A DNA stretch of 64,000 bases from an uncultured Muribaculaceae bacterium (GTDB taxonomy: Bacteria > Bacteroidota > Bacteroidia > Bacteroidales > Muribaculaceae), in assembly GCA_905207535.1 (NCBI GenBank), contig CAJLLX010000001.1, positions 64,428 to 128,427 of the forward strand, written 5' to 3'. The translations under genes were made by a program, and so were the position numbers. The notes under the pieces are model-generated. The model worked only from the letters and a program-made list of their open reading frames with translations. It was not told the origin of the DNA and searched no databases. This document shows positions 1 through 9,989 of the stretch, piece after piece (the first letter of the stretch is position 1; each line of letters begins with the position of its first letter).

Positions 1-563
1 ACCGTAAAGTGCAGAGCATCTCGTGTGACAAACTATTCAAGAGAGAGGTGGTGAGCGAGGGGTATCCCTCCCAGCGCTACTTCGAGGATCACGCCGTGAT
101 GCTTCACTGGTATGAAAAGGTGAAAAAATGGGTGGCCATTCCAGAGCCACTGTATCACTACAGGATGCGTCGGTCGGGAGTAACCAACGGGTTCAGCATA
201 GAGAAACGAGTCGCGAAATTTGATGCCGACATGGCCCGCGCACGCTATATGGCATCGCTACCTGAGGAGCGACACGGCATGACACAGGCCGAGATAGCCG
301 CACCGCTGATAGTGAGCGCCGTAGGCACCTGCAAATCGGTGGCCCGGGAGTGTGACGACGCCGAGAAAGCCCTCGAAGTGATAGCCGACATCACCGGAAA
401 GACCTTATCGGCATATGAAGAATGCCGCGAAATATTGCCGGAAAAGGTGGCGAATCGCTATGAACTGATGAAAAACCGTCCCGGATGGTTCCGGCGGAAG
501 ATGAGACTGGAGAGGATGTTTGTATTCGCCGGCAACAGGAAAGAAAAACTATTGTATGACTGA
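1..563 (+). CDS. Glycosyltransferase family 2, 3' part (truncated at window start)
   Basis: The frame is open from the window edge. CDKLFKR...RYFED...YHYRMR is a typical GT-A C-terminal segment and resembles the GT2 at 43209. Confidence 0.8.
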   Translation, partial: RKVQSISCDKLFKREVVSEGYPSQRYFEDHAVMLHWYEKVKKWVAIPEPLYHYRMRRSGVTNGFSIEKRVAKFDADMARARYMASLPEERHGMTQAEIAAPLIVSAVGTCKSVARECDDAEKALEVIADITGKTLSAYEECREILPEKVANRYELMKNRPGWFRRKMRLERMFVFAGNRKEKLLYD

Positions 564-569
564 AAGATA

Positions 570-1379
570 ATGACCGTATCGCTGATAATCTCCACATATA
601 ATAATCCCGAGTATCTGTATCTCACGCTAAAAAGCGTGATGAATCAGCGGCGCCTGCCCGACGAGATACTGATAGCCGACGACGGCTCGGGTGAGGCGAC
701 GCGCATGCTCGTAGAAGAGATGGCAGCGGAGAGTTTTGTGCCTCTGCGACACATATGGCATGAAGACGAAGGATTCCGTCTCGGAGCGATACGCAACAAA
801 GCCATAGCCGAGGCGAAAGGGGAGTATATCATACAGATCGACGGCGACATAGTGCTGCATACCTCGTTTGTGGCAGATCATGTGAAGATGGCTCGTGAGG
901 GATGGTTTTATTCCGGTAGCCGGGTGCTTCTGAGCCCCGAGACCACCGCGAGGATGGTGAAAGGGAAGCTTGTGGAGCTGCCCAAAGATGCTCCCGAGCG
1001 CGGGAAGATGAACTCGCGTCGTGTGCCGCTGCTGATGCCGCTTTTCCGCCGGTATAAATCGGGCAACGGCGGCTATGTGCGCGGATGCAACATGGCATTC
1101 TGGCGCAAAGACCTCATAGAGGTCAACGGCTACAACGAGACCATAACAGGATGGGGGCGCGAAGACTCGGAAATTGCCTATAGGCTTATAAACAAGGGCA
1201 TTAAGAAGGGATTTGTGAAATTCGGGGGAGTAGAGTATCATCTATATCACAAGGAGAACGACAAAAGCGCGGATGAGCGAAACATATCGCTGATGGAAAA
1301 CGCACGCAAGTCGGGGATAATAGAAGCTCCCCTTGGGATAAAGGAGATGATAGAAAGAGAAAAGCGCGGAGAGGAATGA
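570..1379 (+). CDS. Glycosyltransferase family 2 (with GT7-like C-terminal motif)
   Basis: Motifs VSLIISTYN, IADDGS, QIDGD, GCNMAFW and GWGREDSE. Confidence 0.9.
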   Translation: MTVSLIISTYNNPEYLYLTLKSVMNQRRLPDEILIADDGSGEATRMLVEEMAAESFVPLRHIWHEDEGFRLGAIRNKAIAEAKGEYIIQIDGDIVLHTSFVADHVKMAREGWFYSGSRVLLSPETTARMVKGKLVELPKDAPERGKMNSRRVPLLMPLFRRYKSGNGGYVRGCNMAFWRKDLIEVNGYNETITGWGREDSEIAYRLINKGIKKGFVKFGGVEYHLYHKENDKSADERNISLMENARKSGIIEAPLGIKEMIEREKRGEE

Positions 1380-1446
1380 AAGAAAAAAGCGGGAGAGCGG
1401 AGTGAAAAAAATGGGGATGGAATGAAGATTTTTTTTGATTTTTTTG

Positions 1447-1454
1447 TAACTTTG
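1447..1454 (+). promoter_or_regulatory. Bacteroidetes sigma-A -7 element upstream of glmS
   Basis: TAACTTTG matches TAnnTTTG. No clean -33 TTTG at the canonical spacing. Confidence 0.55.
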
Positions 1455-1474
1455 CACCCGTGAAAACCAAAATT

Positions 1475-1517
1475 ACTTCTCCGGTAGACTAAATGAAGTC
1501 TGAGAGAAGTTTTTTTT
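1475..1517 (+). terminator. Intrinsic terminator-like hairpin in the glmS 5' region
   Basis: Outer stem ACTTCTC/GAGAAGT and inner stem AGACT/AGTCT, followed by a T-run at 1510-1517. Confidence 0.55.
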
Positions 1518-1620
1518 GATTTATACAAAGCCGGGTGAGGCGTTTTGGAGCGAATGTGAATAAGCGCGACGAGACAGAACCCCGGCAGAAACAAATACTT
1601 ATGAAGCAAACATACTATAT

Positions 1621-3465
1621 ATGTGTGGAATAGTAGGATATATAGGCGAACGTCCGGCGTATGAGATACTGGTGAAAGGGCTTCACCGCCTGGAGTACAG
1701 AGGTTACGACTCGGCCGGAGTGGCATTGATGTCGCCGGATAACTCACTCAATGTGTATAAGACACGCGGCAAGGTAGAAGACCTTGAGCGCTTTTGCAGC
1801 TCGAAGGACGTGAGCGGCACCCTGGGTATCGCCCACACCCGCTGGGCCACTCACGGCGAGCCGAACGACGTCAATGCCCATCCCCATGTGAGCCTCAGCG
1901 GAAAAATAGCGCTTGTGCACAACGGCACTATAGAGAACTATCATGTGCTCAAAGAGGCCCTCGAGCTCGAAGGAGTGACCTTCGTGAGCGACACCGACAC
2001 CGAGGTGATGGTGAAACTCATAGAATATATCAAAGATAAGAACCACTGCTCGCTGGTGGATGCCGTGCGCGGTGCGCTCAAAGAGGTGATAGGCGCTTAC
2101 GCCATAGTAGTGACCGACACCGACGAGCCTGACACCATAATCGGCGCACGAAAGAGTTCGCCGTTGGTAATAGGTGTGGGTAACGGTGAGACATTCCTGG
2201 CATCCGATGCCACTCCCATCATAGAATACACCGATAAAGTGGTGTATCTCAACGACGACGAGATAGCCGTGATACGTCGGGGTGAACCTCTGAAGATCAC
2301 CAACGCCGACAATGAGCCCGCAGCCATCGACATCCAGACTCTGCGCATGTCGGTGTCGCAGCTCGAGAAGGGCGGCTTCCCCCACTTCATGCTCAAAGAG
2401 ATCTTCGAGCAGCCGCGCACCATCTACGACTGCATCCGCGGCAGGATAGGGTCGAGGGGCTCGAAAGTGACCCTCTCGGGAGTGGATATGAACCGCGAGA
2501 AATTTATCGAAGCCCATCGCATAGTGATAGTGGCCTGCGGCACCTCGTGGCACGCCGGCCTGATAGGGAAGCGCCTGATTCAGGAAATAGCACGCATCCC
2601 GGTAGAGGTGGAGTATGCGAGTGAATTTCGCTACAGCAACCCCGTGCTCACCCCGAAAGATATAGTGATAGCGATATCTCAGTCGGGCGAGACCGCCGAC
2701 ACCCTCGCCGCCATCAAGATGGCCAAGGAGTGTGGCGCGTTCGTGTATGGCATCTGCAACGTAGTGGGGAGTTCGATAGCGCGCGCCACCGATTCCGGCA
2801 CATATATCCATGTGGGCCCGGAGATAGGCGTGGCTTCCACCAAGGCCTTCACCGGTCAGGTGACAGTGCTCACCATGCTTGCCCTTGCCATAGGGACACT
2901 GAAAAAGACCATCAGCGACAATGTGAGAGCTGAGGTGACAGATGCGCTTCGGTCGCTGCCCGCTCTGATCAAGCAGGCGCTCAAGCTCAACGACGAGATA
3001 GAGAAGCTCTCGAGCACCTACACCTACGTGCACAACTTCATGTACTTAGGGCGAGGCTACAACTTCCCCAGCGCACTCGAAGGAGCATTGAAACTCAAAG
3101 AGATAAGCTATATCCATGCAGAAGGGTATCCCGCAGCCGAGATGAAGCACGGGCCCATCGCCCTTATCGACCATGAGATGCCGACAGTGGTGATAGCTCC
3201 CGACGACGAGATGCACGAGAAGATAATCTCAAACATTCAGCAGGTGAAAGCACGTGGCGGTTCGGTGATAGCGATAGTGACCAAGGGCGACTCTACCATA
3301 GCCAAGATAGCCGACCACATCCTGGAGATTCCCAAAGTGCCTGAATGTGTATCGCCCGTGATAGTATCGATACCCCTGCAGCTGCTGGCATATCATATCG
3401 CCATAAAGAAAGGGTGCAATGTGGATATGCCCCGCAATCTTGCGAAATCGGTAACAGTAGAATAG
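1621..3465 (+). CDS. glmS: Glutamine--fructose-6-phosphate aminotransferase
   Basis: N-terminus MCGIVG, LEYRGYDSAG, HTRWATHG and C-terminal PRNLAKSVTVE. Confidence 0.98.
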   Translation: MCGIVGYIGERPAYEILVKGLHRLEYRGYDSAGVALMSPDNSLNVYKTRGKVEDLERFCSSKDVSGTLGIAHTRWATHGEPNDVNAHPHVSLSGKIALVHNGTIENYHVLKEALELEGVTFVSDTDTEVMVKLIEYIKDKNHCSLVDAVRGALKEVIGAYAIVVTDTDEPDTIIGARKSSPLVIGVGNGETFLASDATPIIEYTDKVVYLNDDEIAVIRRGEPLKITNADNEPAAIDIQTLRMSVSQLEKGGFPHFMLKEIFEQPRTIYDCIRGRIGSRGSKVTLSGVDMNREKFIEAHRIVIVACGTSWHAGLIGKRLIQEIARIPVEVEYASEFRYSNPVLTPKDIVIAISQSGETADTLAAIKMAKECGAFVYGICNVVGSSIARATDSGTYIHVGPEIGVASTKAFTGQVTVLTMLALAIGTLKKTISDNVRAEVTDALRSLPALIKQALKLNDEIEKLSSTYTYVHNFMYLGRGYNFPSALEGALKLKEISYIHAEGYPAAEMKHGPIALIDHEMPTVVIAPDDEMHEKIISNIQQVKARGGSVIAIVTKGDSTIAKIADHILEIPKVPECVSPVIVSIPLQLLAYHIAIKKGCNVDMPRNLAKSVTVE

Positions 3466-3486
3466 CAGGCAACAAAACGGAAGGTA

Positions 3487-4107
3487 ATGGCTAAAGGTGA
3501 AAATATTTATTCCCAGCTTTTTATCTCGTTTTTGCGCATCGGCGCCTTCACCTTCGGTGGCGGTTGGGCGATGATTTCGCTCATAGAGCGCGAAGTGGTG
3601 GAAAACCGCAAGTGGGTCAGCCGCGAGGAATTTCTGGATCTCCTTGCCGTGGCGCAGTCGCTGCCCGGAATTCTCGCCGTGAACATTTGCGTGGCAGTGG
3701 GCGACAAACTGAGAGGAATGAAAGGGAGCACCGCAGCCGCATTGGGGACCATCATGCCCAGTTTTCTGATCATACTGGCCATAGCAATCTTCCTCACTCC
3801 CGATCTGATACAGCACAATCCGGTGATCAATGCCATCTTCCGGGGGATACGTCCCGCAGTGGTAGCGCTGATAGTGGCCCCCGTGATAACCACCGCCAAA
3901 GCATCGCATATCGGCTGGAAAACTGTGTGGATACCTATAGTGGTGGCTCTGCTGATATGGTCGTCGTGGCCGTGGATCTCCAATCCCATACTATTTATCA
4001 TCCTTGGCGGCTTGGCCGGGTATCTGTGGCTTCGCCGTCAGGAAAAACTGCTCTCCGACAGCGAGTTGAGCCGGAAAGAGAGCGAAATGGAGGATGAAGG
4101 GTTATGA
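3487..4107 (+). CDS. Chromate transporter family, short-chain CHR subunit
   Basis: Motifs GAFTFGGGWA and AQSLPG; hydrophobic protein. Confidence 0.9.
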   Translation: MAKGENIYSQLFISFLRIGAFTFGGGWAMISLIEREVVENRKWVSREEFLDLLAVAQSLPGILAVNICVAVGDKLRGMKGSTAAALGTIMPSFLIILAIAIFLTPDLIQHNPVINAIFRGIRPAVVALIVAPVITTAKASHIGWKTVWIPIVVALLIWSSWPWISNPILFIILGGLAGYLWLRRQEKLLSDSELSRKESEMEDEGL

Positions 4108-4679
4108 TATATCTGAAACTTATATGGAGTTATCTTAAAATAGGTCTCTTCGGGTTCGGAGGGGGATATGCGATGCTGTCGCTGATAGAGCGGGAGATTG
4201 TGGGCCCCGGATGGATTACCGAAAAAATGTTTACCGACATTGTGGCCATATCGCAGATGACTCCCGGGCCGATCGGCATCAACTCCGCCACCTATATCGG
4301 TTATGCAGCTCCGATGCATGCCGGATATAGCGGCGTAATATGGGGCGTGCTTGGATCGCTGCTGTGCACCTTTGTGGTGGTGCTTCCATCGTTTCTGTTA
4401 GTGGCATATACCAGCCACTTTATCCACCGTCACAAAGAGAGCGTAGTGGTGAGAGGCATCTTTATGGGACTTCGTCCTGTGGTGATAGGTCTGATTGCTT
4501 CGGCCGCCTTGCTGCTGATGAACGCCGAAAACTTCGGGCATGAGACCAGTGAGGTAGTGATCTCTGTGGCCATAGCCTGCGCATCGCTTGCGGCAGTGCT
4601 CTTCACCAAATTTCATCCGATATTTATCATCATCCTTTCCGGCATCGCCGGGTTTATCATTTATTATCTATGTCCATGA
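4104..4679 (+). CDS. Chromate transporter family, second short-chain CHR subunit
   Basis: Motifs GLFGFGGGYA and SQMTPGP; ATGA overlap with the previous gene. Confidence 0.9.
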   Translation: MIYLKLIWSYLKIGLFGFGGGYAMLSLIEREIVGPGWITEKMFTDIVAISQMTPGPIGINSATYIGYAAPMHAGYSGVIWGVLGSLLCTFVVVLPSFLLVAYTSHFIHRHKESVVVRGIFMGLRPVVIGLIASAALLLMNAENFGHETSEVVISVAIACASLAAVLFTKFHPIFIIILSGIAGFIIYYLCP

Positions 4680-5968
4680 CCTACGAAGAGGCGGTAGAAT
4701 ATCTCTATACGCGCACACCTCAGTTTGAAAGCATAGGGGCCTCAGCCTATAAGCCCGGTCTCGACACCATCAACAAACTGCTCGAGTCGCTGGGGAATCC
4801 TCACATGGAATATCCCGTGATGCATGTGGCCGGAACCAATGGCAAAGGGTCGACATCGCACACCATAGCCGCCGTGCTGCAGGAAGCCGGCTACAAGGTG
4901 GGCCTTTACACATCGCCTCATCTTGTGGATTTCAGAGAAAGGATGAGAGTGAACGGTCAGATGATACACCCCGACGAGGTGGCTCGATTTGTCAATTACT
5001 ATACTCTATCGAAGGCAGCCGATGTACTCGATCCATCGTTTTTCGAGCTGACTACGGCCATGGCCTTCGAGTGGTTTCGTCGCGAAGCGGTGGATGTGGC
5101 CGTGATAGAGGTGGGGCTCGGTGGACGGCTTGACTCGACCAATGTGGTGGATTCACAGCTATCAATCATCACAAATATTTCCTACGACCATATGGCGCAA
5201 CTCGGGGACACCCTTGAGGCAATAGCCCGGGAGAAAGCCGGGATACTGCGCCCCGGAGTGGCTGCTATAATAGGGGAGCCGAAGGAGGCAATCCGCAATC
5301 TGCTCGTAGCCGAGGCGAAAAAGGTGGGTGCGCATCCCCGCACTACGGCCTCGATAAAAGACAGTATCGCGATAGAAGGAGATGAAGCAGGAGAGTATCT
5401 GCATATCACCGGAAGCCGGATGGGCGACCTGGATTACCAGCTGATCGGCGACTATCAACGTGAAAACGCACTGACCGTGCTCCTGGCGCTTGACGAACTG
5501 CGCAACCTCGGATGGAAGATCACCTCCGACGCTGTGAAAGCCGGCTTTAAAAACGTGTGTACCCTCACCGGACTGATGGGGCGCTGGATGAAACTCGGCG
5601 ATGCGCCCCTGACCATATGTGACACAGGGCACAACATTGGCGGGTGGGAGAAACTGATACCGCAGATCAACCGGTTGCCGAGGCCTCTGACCATGGTGCT
5701 TGGGTTTGTCAACGACAAAGACCTCTCGCACATCTTGCCATTGCTTCCCGAAGATGCCGAGTATATCTTCACCAATGCCGATATAGCGCGGGCACTTCCT
5801 GCCGAGGAACTTGCGCGTGAGGCAGCTGCAGCCGGAAGGCGCGGGAAAGTGGTAACAGGCGTGCGCAAAGCCTACGACGAGGCCAAAGCCTCGGGGTGCG
5901 CATCGGTGTTTGTCGGCGGGAGCACATATGTGCTGGCCGATCTGCTGAAATCGCTACAGGAAAAGTAA
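4670..5968 (+). CDS. folC: Folylpolyglutamate synthase / dihydrofolate synthase
   Basis: Motifs HVAGTNGKGS, YTSPHL and EVGLGGRLDSTN. Confidence 0.96.
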   Translation: MSMTYEEAVEYLYTRTPQFESIGASAYKPGLDTINKLLESLGNPHMEYPVMHVAGTNGKGSTSHTIAAVLQEAGYKVGLYTSPHLVDFRERMRVNGQMIHPDEVARFVNYYTLSKAADVLDPSFFELTTAMAFEWFRREAVDVAVIEVGLGGRLDSTNVVDSQLSIITNISYDHMAQLGDTLEAIAREKAGILRPGVAAIIGEPKEAIRNLLVAEAKKVGAHPRTTASIKDSIAIEGDEAGEYLHITGSRMGDLDYQLIGDYQRENALTVLLALDELRNLGWKITSDAVKAGFKNVCTLTGLMGRWMKLGDAPLTICDTGHNIGGWEKLIPQINRLPRPLTMVLGFVNDKDLSHILPLLPEDAEYIFTNADIARALPAEELAREAAAAGRRGKVVTGVRKAYDEAKASGCASVFVGGSTYVLADLLKSLQEK

Positions 5969-5997
5969 AGCAGACATCTCAAAAACGACAGAAAGAA

Positions 5998-6411
5998 ATG
6001 GTATATCAGACAGAAATAAGACTTGCGCCCCGCAGGCGAGGATGTCATCTCGTGACAAGCGAGATACTGCGCAATCTGCCGGGTCCGCTTCCCGAGAGCG
6101 GACTTCTGCATCTGTTTGTGAAGCACACCTCATGCGGTCTGACCATCAACGAGAACGCAGACCCGGATGTGAGGACTGACATGGCAGCCGTATTCGACCA
6201 CATGGTAAGGGAGAACGAGACATATTACAGGCACACCATGGAGGGGCCCGACGACATGCCCGCGCATGCCAAGAGCACACTTGCCGGAGTGTCGCTGACA
6301 ATCCCCATCACCAACGGGAGGGTGAACCTCGGGCGCTGGCAGGGGATATACCTGTGTGAATTTCGCAACGAAGGTGGACCACGGTCGGTGGTAATTACTA
6401 TATTAAGTTAA
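5998..6411 (+). CDS. yjbQ: YjbQ / UPF0047 family protein
   Basis: Motifs HTSCGLTINENADPDV, DDMPAHAK and LGRWQGIYLCEFR. Start moved to the ATG at 5998. Confidence 0.9.
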   Translation: MVYQTEIRLAPRRRGCHLVTSEILRNLPGPLPESGLLHLFVKHTSCGLTINENADPDVRTDMAAVFDHMVRENETYYRHTMEGPDDMPAHAKSTLAGVSLTIPITNGRVNLGRWQGIYLCEFRNEGGPRSVVITILS

Positions 6412-6523
6412 AAACTCATGGCGGCATGCAATATGGCCGCATGATACATCGTTTGATAAAACGATAAAAGCATGAGGACTAAACTCCGATACATGCTTAC
6501 ATAGGTACAATTAATAAAAAGGA

Positions 6524-7990
6524 TTGAAGGTTATAACGGTGAAAGGAAACAGCCGCGGGGCAATGCCCCTGACCATCGCTTTGGCACCATTAGTGCTACT
6601 TCTCTCATCCATCGGATACATTATCGCCAGCAAGGGAGCCTCCTCGGTGGTAGATTATGCGCCCGCAGTGCTATTGTCGTCGACAGCGCTTGCCATAGTG
6701 CTGACGTATATCACAGGGAGATTCCGACGAAAGGCATTCCTGGCCGGGCTGAAAAGAAGCGCAGCACAGACCCTTCCCGCACTGCCGATGCTCATCTGCA
6801 TCGCCATCGTGGCCACCACATGGATGATGTCGGGAGTAGTGCCGATGCTGATCTCCTGCGGCATCAGCTGGATCAGTCCCGGAGCTTTTCTGGTGATAGC
6901 CTGCGGCGTCAGCGCCGTAGTGTCGGTGCTTACGGGTAGTTCGTGGAGCACCATCGCCACAATCGGCGTGGCCTTTATGGGTATCGGTTCGGCTCTCGGG
7001 TTCAGCGTAGCCTGGACAGCAGGCGCCATCATCTCCGGAGCATATTTCGGCGACAAAGTGTCGCCCTTGAGCGATACTACAGTGGTGGCATCGGGCGCCT
7101 GCGGCGTGGATCTCTTCAAACATATCCGCTACCTGATGCTCACCTCCATTCCCGCCATGGCCATAGCGCTGATAGTGTACGGCATCGTGGGTATGACCGT
7201 GACAGCCGAGCCTCAGGCACATCACAGCGTGATTGTGGAGCAACTTGCCGCGCACTTTAATCTCACACCGCTATCGCTGGTGATACCGCTGATCACACTC
7301 GTGCTTATAGCCTTCAGAGTCAACACCATCGTCACCCTTGCTGTGGCCGGTATGCTCGGGTTTGCAGGAATTTTCGTGTTTCAGGATGCATATACGGCAG
7401 GGGAGTCGCTGACAGCCCTGTGGAGCGGATTTGCGCCCGCTACCGGGGACAGCAATTACGATGATCTTGTAGGCACCGGAGGCGTGATAGGGATGTTGCC
7501 CACCGTGTGGCTGGTGCTGAGCGCCATGATGTTTGGCGCGACGATGATGGGCACCGGCATGCTCTCGTGTATCACCGAGATGCTGATGCGCCGCATCAAG
7601 AGCCGCTTTCAGATTGTCGGCGTCACAGTGGCCGGCGGTCTGTGCATGAACAGCGCCACCTCCGACCAGTACTTGTCGCTGATTGTCACCGGCAATATGT
7701 TTAAAGGGATCTACCGCCGCAACAGCCTCGAATCGCGCCTCCTGAGCCGCACCGTGGAGGACTCTGTGTCGGTGACGTCGGTGCTGATCCCCTGGAACTC
7801 ATGCGGCATCACTCAGAGCACCGTGCTGGGTGTTCCCACCATCGTGTATCTGCCCTTCTGCATCTTCAACATTCTTTCTCCGTGCATGAGCCTTGTGATG
7901 GCCTATACAGGATTCAAAATCAAGGACAACAGACAGGCATGCAGCAGCCAAGAGCTTACTCCTGTCATAAGCGAAAGCACGGAATGTTAA
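6524..7990 (+). CDS. Na+/H+ antiporter NhaC family transporter
   Basis: Motifs TGSSWST, SGAYFGDKVSPLSDTT and LIPWN; many TM segments. Start uncertain (TTG 6524 or ATG 6563). Confidence 0.88.
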   Translation: MKVITVKGNSRGAMPLTIALAPLVLLLSSIGYIIASKGASSVVDYAPAVLLSSTALAIVLTYITGRFRRKAFLAGLKRSAAQTLPALPMLICIAIVATTWMMSGVVPMLISCGISWISPGAFLVIACGVSAVVSVLTGSSWSTIATIGVAFMGIGSALGFSVAWTAGAIISGAYFGDKVSPLSDTTVVASGACGVDLFKHIRYLMLTSIPAMAIALIVYGIVGMTVTAEPQAHHSVIVEQLAAHFNLTPLSLVIPLITLVLIAFRVNTIVTLAVAGMLGFAGIFVFQDAYTAGESLTALWSGFAPATGDSNYDDLVGTGGVIGMLPTVWLVLSAMMFGATMMGTGMLSCITEMLMRRIKSRFQIVGVTVAGGLCMNSATSDQYLSLIVTGNMFKGIYRRNSLESRLLSRTVEDSVSVTSVLIPWNSCGITQSTVLGVPTIVYLPFCIFNILSPCMSLVMAYTGFKIKDNRQACSSQELTPVISESTEC

Positions 7991-8174
7991 AATTTATTTG
8001 GGCAATATAATATTTATTGCTATTTTTGTTGTTGATTCATTGCAACCTCGCGGAAGCGAGGTGGAATGAACCCGGAATAGAGGACCATAGCGCATGCCGC
8101 ACGACGCAAATCGCGCAGCAGGGTTATGGCTTGTGTCCGGTAAGTTACATCATGGTAAACAATACAGCAACAAT

Positions 8175-9947
8175 ATGTTACGGCAATATTTTATCTCATT
8201 TCTCGGAGCACTGACAGCGATTTGGATCTCGTTTATGCTCCTTGTAGTGCTGATGCTCACCTTTGCAATCGGTTCGGTGGTCAGCGCCATCGGTTCACAG
8301 GAAGTGGCCGCAAAGATAGAAAAAAACAGTATCCTTTGTCTGAATCTCTCCACCCAGATAGAGGAAGATAAAGTGCAGCTTAATCTTTATGACCTGATCA
8401 ACGAAGTGCCGCAGCCCGAATCGCTTGTCGATATCATCGGCGCGATTGACGCAGCCCGTTCCGACCGCAATATCGCCGGAATCTTCGTGAAATGTGACGG
8501 AGCTTCGGCCGGGATCGCTACCCGCGAAGCCATCCGCGACGCCCTGACAGCATTTCGCAAAAGTGGCAAATGGGTAATCTCCTATGCCGACACCTATACA
8601 CAGGGCGACTACTACGTAGCCTCGGCATCCGATGAGATGTATCTCAATCCGATAGGGGAGGTAGAGCTCAAGGGTCTCGCCACGGGGATTCCCTTCTTCA
8701 AGACCCTGCTCGACAAAGCCGGAGTGGAGATGCAGGTGGTGAAAGTAGGCACATTCAAGAGCGCCGTAGAGCCTTATCTCCTCACGCACATGAGCGAGGC
8801 CAACCGCCTGCAGACACATGTGTATCTCGATAATATATGGGGAAAGATGACCGAAGAGATAGCAACCTCGAGAGGTATAACCAAAGAGACGATTAATCAG
8901 CTGGCCGACAGTATGATAGTGTTCTCTCCTGCCGAAGACTTCGTGGAATACAAACTCGTGGACGGTCTGAAATACGGCAACGAGATGGAATCCTACCTCA
9001 AGGGGAAAGTGGGGAAAGAGGAGGATGACGACCTTAATATGCTCAGCGTCGGCGAATATATCGCAGCCGGAGCCGAAGTGCCCAATACCAAGTCGCAACG
9101 CAAAAAGATAGCCGTCTACTATGCCTGCGGTGATATCGTGGACAGCGGCGTGGAGGGGATTGTCTCATCGAAAGTGGTGCCAGACATCCTCGACATAGCT
9201 GATGACGACGATATAGATGCCATGGTGCTGAGAGTGAACTCCGGCGGCGGTTCGGCTTACGCTTCTGAGCAGATCTGGCATGCTCTTGAAGTGTTCAAGA
9301 GCAAGGGTAAGACCCTCTATGTGTCAATGGGCGACGTGGCTGCATCGGGCGGTTATTACATCTCTTGCGGTGCCGAGAAGATCTATGCCGAGCCGATGAC
9401 TATCACCGGTTCGATAGGTATTTTCGGCATGATACCCTGTGTGAAGGGACTGCTGACCGACAAGATCGGAGTAAACTTCGACTTTGTGCAGACCAACGAC
9501 AACACCACCGCTCCTAATCTGTTTGAACCGATGACCCCCTTCCAACGCGCACGCATGCAGAAGATGGTGGATCGCGGCTACGATCTGTTTACCCGTCGCT
9601 GTGCCGACGGCCGCCATATGTCGCAGGACTCTATCAAGGCGATAGCCGAAGGGCGAGTATGGGACGGTATGACAGCCAAGAAGATTGGTCTGGTGGACAA
9701 CCTCGGGTCGCTCAATGATGCCATCGCCGACCTTGCAAAGGCCAAAGGGTACACCAAATATGAGATTGTCAACTACACCAAGAAAGAGAACAATTTCTGG
9801 GACATGGTGGCCAATATGCAGGGTCAGATAAAAGCCGCAGCACTCAAAGAGCAACTCGGCGACTACTATCCGATCGTCAAGCATCTCCAGTCGATCAAGG
9901 ATATGGACGAAGTGCAGGCCAGAATGCCCGAAACAGTGATCGAATAA
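8175..9947 (+). CDS. sppA: Signal peptide peptidase SppA (protease IV, 67K type)
   Basis: N-terminal TM segment, KVGTFKSAVEP, LRVNSGGGS, AASGGYY and TGSIG. Start set at ATG 8175. Confidence 0.95.
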   Translation: MLRQYFISFLGALTAIWISFMLLVVLMLTFAIGSVVSAIGSQEVAAKIEKNSILCLNLSTQIEEDKVQLNLYDLINEVPQPESLVDIIGAIDAARSDRNIAGIFVKCDGASAGIATREAIRDALTAFRKSGKWVISYADTYTQGDYYVASASDEMYLNPIGEVELKGLATGIPFFKTLLDKAGVEMQVVKVGTFKSAVEPYLLTHMSEANRLQTHVYLDNIWGKMTEEIATSRGITKETINQLADSMIVFSPAEDFVEYKLVDGLKYGNEMESYLKGKVGKEEDDDLNMLSVGEYIAAGAEVPNTKSQRKKIAVYYACGDIVDSGVEGIVSSKVVPDILDIADDDDIDAMVLRVNSGGGSAYASEQIWHALEVFKSKGKTLYVSMGDVAASGGYYISCGAEKIYAEPMTITGSIGIFGMIPCVKGLLTDKIGVNFDFVQTNDNTTAPNLFEPMTPFQRARMQKMVDRGYDLFTRRCADGRHMSQDSIKAIAEGRVWDGMTAKKIGLVDNLGSLNDAIADLAKAKGYTKYEIVNYTKKENNFWDMVANMQGQIKAAALKEQLGDYYPIVKHLQSIKDMDEVQARMPETVIE

Positions 9948-9989
9948 ACAGCGAAAGCGTCACACCTCATCACCAGAAGTTGGATATCA

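Noticed and set aside
1560..1575. glmS ribozyme (AGCGC...GACGAG fragments)
   Set aside because: The two conserved words are directly adjacent with no P1 stem, and too little sequence follows for P2-P4.
8045..8062. SRP (4.5S) RNA suggested by the GGAA tetraloop
   Set aside because: The stem is perfectly paired and lacks the CAGG/AGCA internal loop of SRP helix 8.
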